Shown one piece after another: positions 25,913 through 32,000 of a stretch of DNA of 32,000 nucleotides (within the stretch, counting starts at the first letter, position 1; each line of letters begins with the position of its first letter). The notes beneath the pieces were generated by a model. That model was not told the DNA's origin, ran no database searches, and was given only the letters and a program-made list of their open reading frames with translations. The position numbers and the translations under genes are program-made. Source of the stretch: Vibrio algivorus (GTDB lineage Bacteria; Pseudomonadota; Gammaproteobacteria; Enterobacterales; Vibrionaceae); assembly GCA_002218005.2 (NCBI GenBank), contig AP018679.1. One strand, 5' to 3'.

Positions 25913-26071
25913 ATGCCCACTCTAAGACTTGATGAAAAAAGATGGCGAGAGATTGAAAAAAAAGCCGTTGATATGACTATAAAGACACAAAAACCTGTAA
26001 CGGTACCAGAAGTAATAAAGGCCGTACTAGATAAATGCTTAAAAGAATTGAAACCAGAAGATCTAAAGTAA
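25913..26071 (+). CDS. 52-aa RHH-like regulator (copy 2)
   Basis: Same sequence as 19600..19758. Confidence 0.6.
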   Translation: MPTLRLDEKRWREIEKKAVDMTIKTQKPVTVPEVIKAVLDKCLKELKPEDLK

Positions 26072-26088
26072 ATTCCGAAATCCGGACA

Positions 26089-26117
26089 AGAGTACACTAT
26101 TAAAGATAGTGTACTCT
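26089..26117 (-). other. plus-strand origin hairpin (copy 2)
   Basis: Same sequence as 19776..19804. Confidence 0.75.
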
Positions 26118-26350
26118 CCCTGCCTCCTTGCTCCTCCGCGCTCAGCTTTCGCTTGTGCGTCGCAATCGTCCGGTCGAGATAAAAATCATTTTAAAAGAGA
26201 AAAGAATTCTAGAGGATGAAGGTTTTTTCATCTAACTGGTATGTCATTTTTTTAACATACCCAGCTTTGGTGCGGTTAGTGACGGATGTCCTCCGAGCAC
26301 TATGAGAATGTAATTACTATGCAGTAGCTTTAGAATTCGGGTGGGCTGAT

Positions 26351-26462
26351 AGTTCGCATTACGGCCATTATGCTAAAGGCGCACTTCGTGCGGTCGCCAG
26401 TGCTGCGCAATGGTACTGACGACCACGCTTTCAACATAATGCCAGACTACGTAATACGCACT
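26351..26462. other. attP-derived region and right prophage/host junction (phage XerD-like arm, 12-bp central region, host XerC arm)
   Basis: 26429-26462 reads TTTCAACATAA TGCCAGACTACG TAATACGCACT. The XerC arm carries A at 26456 where the other two copies carry G. Sequence to the right (AAAGTTGTAGG...) is unrelated to the phage. Confidence 0.8.
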
Positions 26463-26649
26463 AAAGTTGTAGGCGCAAAGTAGTAATATCACCTTTAACA
26501 AAGTTAACATATGGTACTTTCATCTTAGTTTTACTATACCGCCGACAATAGTTTGTAGGTTACTTATCAAGTGGTTGTGGAGATTTTATTGCATGGCGGC
26601 CTATTAGAACGATAACTATAATTTTAATCCATCACCTTTTAGTTACCAC

Positions 26650-26985
26650 CTAATGGCCTGTGCTGATGGTTAAACGTAATAACTTCTCAGGTGTATCATA
26701 GGCTATCTTTTGGTTTTTATACTTCTTCAATTCTTTCTTTGCGGCCTTACATACCAAGCTATTTCCATTAGCTCTAACTCGTTTAAGCTTGGCATATTTT
26801 TGATCTAGGTGATGCATTGATAACATGATCCTACATTCACCTTTTAAGTGTTTAGCGGAATTATCTACGGCTTTCTGTGCTTTTTCCTTGTAAAACTTCG
26901 CAACTTTATACCGTTGGCTATCATCGTAACTAAAGACTGATGGACTAATAATCAGTATACAAAAAAATATGGTGAATGGTTTCAT
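26650..26985 (-). CDS. small secreted Lys-rich protein (possible TolA/TonB C-terminal-like fold; weak call)
   Basis: 111 aa with a signal peptide (MKPFTIFFCILIISPSVFS/YD). The pattern GECRIMLSM...KLKRVRANGNSLVCKAAKKELKK loosely resembles the TolA/TonB_2 C-terminal domain signature. Confidence 0.5.
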   Translation of the reverse strand: MKPFTIFFCILIISPSVFSYDDSQRYKVAKFYKEKAQKAVDNSAKHLKGECRIMLSMHHLDQKYAKLKRVRANGNSLVCKAAKKELKKYKNQKIAYDTPEKLLRLTISTGH

Positions 26986-27197
26986 AGTTCTAATACCTTG
27001 ATTAATTTATAAAATCAAAGTTTTCACTGTTTCAATACTCATTATCAACTCTATTTCAATAGTTAGTCATGTTAACTTCAGATTTAAGAGGTTATTACAT
27101 TTTACGGAAATAATTGCGATAAACCTTCATATTACGGAACTTGTTGTTAAATCAAGGCTCTAAAGTCTCTAACACTTATTTTTAAATTGGAAACTTT

Positions 27198-27959
27198 ATG
27201 AAAAAGCTTATTTTACCTCTTGTACTTGCCACTGTGGCGCATAGTGCTACAGCAGCTAACACAGAAACGTTTACACCAGAACAAGAAGCAAGAATTGGTG
27301 AAATAGCAGCCCAATATCTCGCAGAACACCCTGAGTTTTTAATTAAAGCAAGTCAGAAGTTGCAGCAGAAGCAGTTAGAAGAACAAGCAAGCGCTCAAAA
27401 ATCAGCAGTTATAGCGAATAAAAATGCTTTAATTAACGATAAGACAACCCCTTTTACAGGCCCCAAAAACGCAAAAGTTAATGTTATCGAGTTCTTTGAC
27501 TACCAATGTATTTACTGTTATCGGATCTCTTCAACCATTGAATCTTTGCAGAAGCAATATCCAGATGTACGTTTTATCTTTAAAGAAACCCCCATTTTTG
27601 GTAACCGTTGGGAACCATCAAAATATGCTGCACAAATGGGATTAGAAATCTTTGCCCAAAAAGGCTCTGAGGCATATGAACAATATCATAATGGTATTTA
27701 TGCCAGTGGTTTAAACGAAGGTAAATTAACTAAAGCAGTTGTGAACACTCAAGCCAAAAATGCAGGTGTTTCATTCGATGAGTTTAAACCAACCGAAAGC
27801 TACCAAAAGAACTTACAACTATTTTCTCAACTTGGTTTTAAAGGTACACCAGCTTTAGTTGTCATGCCAACCGATGGAGCGACAACTGAAAATACTTACG
27901 TAATAAATGGCGCTGATGTGGCTTCATTAACGAATGCAATAAAAACCTTATCTAAATAA
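27198..27959 (+). CDS. DsbA-family periplasmic thiol:disulfide oxidoreductase (Com1/27-kDa-OMP-like, with an N-terminal helical extension)
   Basis: Signal peptide, thioredoxin-fold active site FFDYQCIYCY (CxxC), and a C-terminal GTPALVV motif. Confidence 0.82.
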   Translation: MKKLILPLVLATVAHSATAANTETFTPEQEARIGEIAAQYLAEHPEFLIKASQKLQQKQLEEQASAQKSAVIANKNALINDKTTPFTGPKNAKVNVIEFFDYQCIYCYRISSTIESLQKQYPDVRFIFKETPIFGNRWEPSKYAAQMGLEIFAQKGSEAYEQYHNGIYASGLNEGKLTKAVVNTQAKNAGVSFDEFKPTESYQKNLQLFSQLGFKGTPALVVMPTDGATTENTYVINGADVASLTNAIKTLSK

Positions 27960-27984
27960 AGAACAAGCCAAATAATGTAATTTG

Positions 27985-28015
27985 AAATAGCGAATTTAAC
28001 ACATTCGCTATTTTT
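27985..28015 (+). terminator. rho-independent terminator after the DsbA-family gene
   Basis: Stem AAATAGCGAAT (27985-27995) / ATTCGCTATTT (28003-28013), followed by additional T residues. Confidence 0.7.
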
Positions 28016-28331
28016 ATATGAAACAAACGTTACAGTGTAACCCATCATAGTTTAATTCCAGTAAAATAAGTCACAGTGTCACCTAGCGGTTTATCTAAAA
28101 TTATATCCACGATCGCTGACCTTTTATGTGTAATAAAATAACAAGTCAATTTTTAACCCTCACTTGACAGGTTGCTCACTTTCATTTTGTGGATAACATG
28201 TTAGTTAGTACTACAGAAAAACACTCCCTCCTGAAGTCAACATTAAATAACAAGTTAAATCAATGGGTTAATTTCCACAAAAATATCACTATTAGTTACG
28301 GTGTTACTTGTTGGGTAACTGTAATTGGCAC

Positions 28332-28358
28332 AAAAAAACCCACCTTCTTAGGTGGGCT
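28332..28358 (-). terminator. rho-independent terminator after maoP
   Basis: Stem CCCACCT (28339-28345) / AGGTGGG (28350-28356). It is followed on the minus strand by a T7 run. Confidence 0.7.
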
Positions 28359-28391
28359 TATTCGTAAAATTCAATTTAGCTTTTATAGACT

Positions 28392-28742
28392 TTAATCATC
28401 TAATAATAGATCGTCCGAATCACTATCATCATCGTCATACGATGACGCACTACCTTTTACTGTACTGCAGAGCGTATATGTTCGTTTACGCTGAGTTTTG
28501 TTTAAATACTTCTTCCAGCATTGAACATATTTATTAACAATCCCCTCTTCTCCTTCTTGTTGAAAAGCGGTAATAAACTCTTTCTCGTCATCATCTTCAG
28601 GAGTCAAGTTACCTTCGAATAGCCCCTGCATAGTTCGACCGTAATTCTCGAGGATTTGTGCTTCATTAATAGTAAATTCACCAGAGCGACTAAAGCCGCG
28701 TGCAAAGTGTTTATTATCAAAAAACTTTCCTAGATTTCTCAT
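28392..28742 (-). CDS. maoP: macrodomain Ori protein MaoP (YifE, DUF413)
   Basis: N-terminus MRNLGKFFDNKHFARGFSRSGEFTINEAQILENYG and an acidic C-terminal tail. It is divergent from hdfR, as in E. coli. Confidence 0.8.
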   Translation of the reverse strand: MRNLGKFFDNKHFARGFSRSGEFTINEAQILENYGRTMQGLFEGNLTPEDDDEKEFITAFQQEGEEGIVNKYVQCWKKYLNKTQRKRTYTLCSTVKGSASSYDDDDSDSDDLLLDD

Positions 28743-28916
28743 ATTTCAACTCTTTTACTGTGTTACTTGTATTTCAGCGAAAATAGGTGTTTATTGTCTA
28801 ACTGTACAACAAAAGATTTTGTTCAATTTAATAAAATTTTTTTATCATTTTGCGATATTCTTGTCTTTCATATTAGTCAAAGAATTAAACTTTTTTCAAA
28901 TCCTTTGAGGTGAACT

Positions 28917-29780
28917 TTGGATACAGAGCTATTAAGGACATTTTTAGAAGTAGGAAAGACGCGTCACTTTGGTCGTGCGGCAGAAAGTTTGTACCTAACT
29001 CAATCAGCGGTAAGCTTTCGTATACGCCAATTAGAGTCGCAACTAGGTAGTCCACTATTTTCACGTCAACGAGGTAATGTTCATCTCACTCCTGCAGGAG
29101 AAAGGTTGTTACCCTATGCTGAATCTATCTTACAAACCTGGGGGCGAGCTAGGCAAGATGTCTCTTTGAGTGAGAATTACATGGAGCAGATTTCCTTGGG
29201 GGCCTCCTCTAGTGTCTGGGAGCTAGGAGGTATTTCGGATTGGATAAATGAAAGCCATCAAGCTTTACCTGAAGTCGCATTCAGAATGGAGTCAGTCAGT
29301 CGTCAAGATATTGTACGTGCTCTATTAGAAAAAAGTATCGATATGGCACTATTAGGTGACCCACCTAAAGTAGAAGGATTTAAGTTGAAGCAGGTTGCGA
29401 GTTTCGAGTTTAAGTTAGTTTCAACTCAACCTGATGTAAACTTTAATCAACTTCCTTCGATTCCATTAGCTTACTTAGATTGGAGCACTCGTTTTTCTAT
29501 TGAGCATGCGAGAATTGCCGAGTTACAAAAAACACCTCTGTTACACGCATCTTCGAGCAATGTCATTGTTAAGTTTTTAAGTGCCAATGCGGGCCTGGCT
29601 TATTTACCAGAGCCTGTGGTATCTAAACATATTGATGATGGAAAATTATTTATTGTTGAAGATTCTCCAGTTATGGAACAGTCCTTATACCTCTGCTGGA
29701 ACGAAGACAACGATAAAGTTAATTTAATCAATCAATTAGCTAAAGTTCCATTCGAATTAAGGACACCTTCTGACGATTAA
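28917..29780 (+). CDS. hdfR: LysR-family transcriptional regulator HdfR
   Basis: TTG start with GAGGTG 6 nt upstream. MDTELLRTFLEVGKTRHFGRAAESLYLTQSAVSFRIRQLESQLG is near-identical to the E. coli HdfR N-terminus as I remember it. Confidence 0.85.
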   Translation: MDTELLRTFLEVGKTRHFGRAAESLYLTQSAVSFRIRQLESQLGSPLFSRQRGNVHLTPAGERLLPYAESILQTWGRARQDVSLSENYMEQISLGASSSVWELGGISDWINESHQALPEVAFRMESVSRQDIVRALLEKSIDMALLGDPPKVEGFKLKQVASFEFKLVSTQPDVNFNQLPSIPLAYLDWSTRFSIEHARIAELQKTPLLHASSSNVIVKFLSANAGLAYLPEPVVSKHIDDGKLFIVEDSPVMEQSLYLCWNEDNDKVNLINQLAKVPFELRTPSDD

Positions 29781-29889
29781 TAATTTTCATGCTGACATCA
29801 AAAAAACTTCGTTTTACTGTCACATTGTTATTACATAATCTTTGAGTTGTCTGAAAATACTTTAAGACGTTAGATGGTTGGATAGGAAC

Positions 29890-30066
29890 ATGAGCAACTG
29901 GGATAAGTGGTTAAAGAGTGATAGCTCTCGTTTGTCAGGTAAGAAGAACAGACGAGATTTCGATGATTATGACGGTGAGTTGGTTGAAAAAAGTAAATCA
30001 AAGCGTAAATCTCATAGAGATAAGCATCTTCCACGATCAGAGGACTTCGAAGACCGTTTGTACTAA
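29890..30066 (+). CDS. small highly charged basic protein, unknown function (58 aa from ATG 29890; the ORF track starts at TTG 29878)
   Basis: MSNWDKWLKSDSSRLSGKKNRRDFDDYDGELVEKSKSKRKSHRDKHLPRSEDFEDRLY. A strong terminator hairpin follows 14 nt downstream. The opposite-strand ORF 29870..30088 looks spurious. Confidence 0.55.
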   Translation: MSNWDKWLKSDSSRLSGKKNRRDFDDYDGELVEKSKSKRKSHRDKHLPRSEDFEDRLY

Positions 30067-30079
30067 TGTGTAATGAAAT

Positions 30080-30108
30080 AGAGGGCAATTAATGCCCTCT
30101 TATATTTT
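30080..30108. terminator. bidirectional terminator between the small basic protein gene and yoaH
   Basis: Stem AGAGGGCA (30080-30087) / TGCCCTCT (30093-30100). It is followed by TATATTTTT on plus and has an A/T-rich flank on minus. Confidence 0.65.
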
Positions 30109-30149
30109 TGTCAATTCTTTTAGTTATAGTGCCTTATAATTACTATAAA

Positions 30150-30305
30150 TCAGTCTTCTTTTTCTGCTTTTTTTTCACTACGAATTCGTTGGGCTACAAT
30201 CCTAATTGCTTCAGCAGTACTTATCCCTTGTTCCATTAGTTTTTGTATATCTTCGACTGCAGCTTGTTGCTCAGCATGGCTAAGTGTTGGTAAATCATCA
30301 AACAT
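30150..30305 (-). CDS. yoaH: UPF0181 family protein YoaH (51 aa; below the ORF-track cutoff)
   Basis: Hand translation: [51 protein letters not shown]. This closely parallels E. coli YoaH ([34 protein letters not shown]..., from memory). Confidence 0.75.
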   Translation of the reverse strand: MFDDLPTLSHAEQQAAVEDIQKLMEQGISTAEAIRIVAQRIRSEKKAEKED

Positions 30306-30337
30306 ATTAGTTCTCTTTTAGAGTAATCGGCTTTGAA

Positions 30338-31198
30338 TTATTCAGAAATATCGAATGCTTTACTTATTATTTGCTTATCTTCAATAGTTATCGCACCTTG
30401 CCAACGTTTATGGGTAATAGAAACCCCCAGTAAATAGCGGTCAATCGGAAGATTAGTTTCAGGAACTTGGCTAGGATAATCAGATTCATACTGCTTATTC
30501 CAAACCTCTGCATAGTCCCCATCCACATCACCATAAAGTGCTACATCCATAACTGGTAATGGACAGTATCTATTCAACAAAGCAGTTTTATCGACAACCC
30601 AAGACTCCTTAGAACTCCATCTGACTGTCTGTTTACTCGTTGTATGAGTAAGTAAAACCCAACTTTCCCAATCTTCTCCCTCTTTTGTTTTTATTTTGAC
30701 TTTATAGAGTCCGGTATCTAACTGCGCATTTAAATCCACCTTTTGACGATATTGCCAATATTTATCATCAATTTTTTCAGGCGCCTCAACATTAGACATC
30801 AATACTTGCTCGGGCCATTGTACAAAAAGGATTTGATCGAGTTCTCTATCCGTTTGAGCATCAATTTCTAATCGATAACTTAAACGTCCTGGGCTTTGTA
30901 TTACTTGACGTTGGATAGCAAGTTTATTCAACCATGTTGGCAATTTTGAATGGTCAAAAGAACGACCACAATCTTTATCAAGTGCTTTTAATAACAGCTG
31001 ATCAAGATGACCTTTCATGTGCTCTTGTGGCTCTTGTTGCCAAGCTTGAATCATTGAATCAAAGCTTTCTTCAAGATGCCCTTCTAATAAAAACTTATGA
31101 GCATTGGTTAGCGAGGTTTGTTCAAGAAACCAGTCATTCGCCGCCCAAATAGGAGCGGCGAAAAGTGACAGTGTAATTAATGAGTATTTTAACTTCAA
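30338..31198 (-). CDS. periplasmic protein of unknown function, co-oriented downstream of the two-component genes
   Basis: 286 aa with the signal peptide MKLKYSLITLSLFAAPIWA/AN. I could name no catalytic motif. It may belong to a Vibrio DUF family, but that is unverified. Confidence 0.65.
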   Translation of the reverse strand: MKLKYSLITLSLFAAPIWAANDWFLEQTSLTNAHKFLLEGHLEESFDSMIQAWQQEPQEHMKGHLDQLLLKALDKDCGRSFDHSKLPTWLNKLAIQRQVIQSPGRLSYRLEIDAQTDRELDQILFVQWPEQVLMSNVEAPEKIDDKYWQYRQKVDLNAQLDTGLYKVKIKTKEGEDWESWVLLTHTTSKQTVRWSSKESWVVDKTALLNRYCPLPVMDVALYGDVDGDYAEVWNKQYESDYPSQVPETNLPIDRYLLGVSITHKRWQGAITIEDKQIISKAFDISE

Positions 31199-31211
31199 AA
31201 GAATATGCTCA

Positions 31212-31868
31212 TTAAGCTTTCATTTTGTAGCCAACACCGCGCAAAGTTTCTATTTTGATGCTAGGTATCTTCTGGCGTAACTGCAAAATATGTGTATCAA
31301 CGGTACGAGTTGTTGGGAAATGGTTATAGCCCCATACATGATCTAAAAGCTCATCTCGCGTAAACACTCGACCTAAATTACTTGCAAGGAAAACAAGCAG
31401 ATCAAACTCTGTACGAGTCATCACTATCATTTCCTCGCCAAATTTTACATCGCGAGTCGTTTTATCGATAAAAATATCACCTACTATAATAGTGTTGCCA
31501 TCTTCCTCAGCATCTGGTGAACGCAATTGTGCACGAATTCGCGCAAACAGCTCCGCTTCAGCAAATGGTTTAGTCAGGTAATCACTTGCACCAGCATCAA
31601 GGCCTGATACTTTATCTTTAACCGAAACTAAGGCTGTTAATAAAATAACAGGTACAGATTTAATATTTTTCCAATCATTTAGGAAAGTAACAGAATCACC
31701 ATCGGGTAATTGACGGTCTAAAATCACTAAGTCTGCTTTCCCCCATACGGATGCAACATCGGCTGCACGTTCAACATGCAAACACTCATAACCAGCTTGC
31801 TCTAAGCTGACCAATAGGCCATCAGCAAGATTGCGATCATCTTCAACGAGTAGCAGTGTCTGTTTCAC
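31212..31868 (-). CDS. OmpR/PhoB-family response regulator
   Basis: Receiver domain (LLLVEDD..., DLVILDRQLPDGD, ...LTALVSVKDKV) and a winged-helix C-terminus (TRTEFDLLVFLA..., LRGVGYKM). I prefer the GTG at 31868 (GGAG 7 nt upstream) over the ORF-track ATG at 31904, which would add a non-receiver extension. Confidence 0.85.
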   Translation of the reverse strand: MKQTLLLVEDDRNLADGLLVSLEQAGYECLHVERAADVASVWGKADLVILDRQLPDGDSVTFLNDWKNIKSVPVILLTALVSVKDKVSGLDAGASDYLTKPFAEAELFARIRAQLRSPDAEEDGNTIIVGDIFIDKTTRDVKFGEEMIVMTRTEFDLLVFLASNLGRVFTRDELLDHVWGYNHFPTTRTVDTHILQLRQKIPSIKIETLRGVGYKMKA

Positions 31869-32000
31869 AAGGAATCTCCAATTTAAATGTTGTCGGTGGG
31901 CCACTCAAGCTCAAAGAGCCACCCATTCGTGCAACCATCGATTCAACGATAGTTAATCCTAAGCCTAATCCGCTTTTGCTCACGAATGGTTTACGCAGTT
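31843..32000 (-). CDS. sensor histidine kinase, C-terminal fragment (HATPase_c G2 box); the gene starts beyond the window end
   Basis: Minus-strand translation reads ...LRKPFVSKSGLGLGLTIVESMVARMGGSLSLSGPPTTFKLEIPCETDTATR*. The stop at 31843-31845 overlaps the regulator start by 26 nt. Confidence 0.75.
   Translation of the reverse strand, partial: LRKPFVSKSGLGLGLTIVESMVARMGGSLSLSGPPTTFKLEIPCETDTATR

Larger units (their letters stand above)
20139..26451 (-). mobile_element. filamentous (inovirus) prophage, copy 2 (identical to copy 1)
   Basis: Same content as copy 1, shifted by +6,313 bp. Confidence 0.92.
13826..26462. repeat. direct tandem repeat: 2 x 6,313 bp plus an 11-bp third partial copy (XerC arm)
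   Basis: Every ORF in 13838-19784 recurs at +6,313 with identical translation, and spot checks of the nucleotide lines show identity. The only junction difference I found is G at 13830 and 20143 versus A at 26456. Confidence 0.95.

Noticed and set aside
13826-26462. Could the large repeat be a CRISPR array, an rRNA operon duplication or an IS-flanked composite transposon?
   Set aside because: The repeat unit is 6.3 kb of protein-coding phage genes with no short repeat-spacer periodicity. There is no rRNA/tRNA-like sequence, no transposase and no terminal inverted repeats. The boundaries are dif-like sites.
27124-27152. Possible second, degenerate dif-like site (CCTTCATATTA-CGGAAC(T)-TGTTGTTAAAT) upstream of the DsbA-family gene, which would make 26463-27152 an old IMEX remnant
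   Set aside because: Only about 6/11 positions match in the XerC arm. The central region would be 7 nt. The orientation is inverted relative to the true dif. This is too weak to claim without comparative data.
28189-28537. ORFs 28189..28395(+) and 28352..28537(+)
   Set aside because: The first runs through the maoP terminator hairpin and the second is antisense to maoP. Neither has an SD, and the compositions are implausible. The region is treated as non-coding (see the DnaA-box finding).
28743-28916. E. coli-type maoS motif between maoP and hdfR
   Set aside because: I found no sequence resembling the GC-rich E. coli maoS as I remember it. The intergenic region is very AT-rich. Absence cannot be proven by eye.
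29870-30088. 72-aa minus-strand ORF opposite the small basic protein gene
   Set aside because: The plus-strand ORF ends just before a terminator, whereas the minus-strand ORF would begin inside that hairpin. The choice is not certain.

Overview
This is an AT-rich gammaproteobacterial chromosome segment. Gene content and synteny look Vibrionaceae-like, but that is inference. The window spans the XerCD chromosome-dimer resolution site dif, so it is the replication terminus region. The left flank (1-13.8 kb) is ordinary core genome: a truncated potA-like ABC ATPase, a three-gene envelope operon (membrane protein, Bax-like glucosaminidase, exported protein), ttcA, uspE, fnr, and the cbb3 oxidase cluster ccoNOQP followed by ccoH, ccoI, ccoS and a DsbD_2-type membrane protein. 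The centre (13,826-26,462) holds two head-to-tail, apparently identical 6,313-bp copies of a very compact filamentous (inovirus) prophage inserted exactly at dif. The prophage has an Ff(M13/f1)-like replication module: gII with a nested gX-like start, gV, and a plus-strand origin hairpin carrying the CTTTAATAGTG nick motif. It also has a divergent 52-aa RHH-like regulator that falls below the ORF-track cutoff, with palindromic operators beside it, plus the coat genes gVIII, gIII-like and gVI-like and a Zot/pI assembly ATPase. It encodes no integrase and no secretin. Each unit carries two inverted dif-like sites that can fold into a CTXphi-style forked-hairpin attP. A G/A difference among the three junction sites marks the XerC-side crossover. 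The right flank (26.5-32 kb) holds a small secreted Lys-rich protein, a DsbA-family oxidoreductase, the divergent maoP(yifE)/hdfR pair, a small basic protein, yoaH (also below the ORF-track cutoff), a periplasmic protein, an OmpR-type response regulator and the 3' end of its histidine kinase. I saw no rRNA, tRNA, CRISPR array, IS element, transposase or tyrosine/serine integrase. All homology statements come from reading motifs and from memory of reference proteins; no database search was possible.
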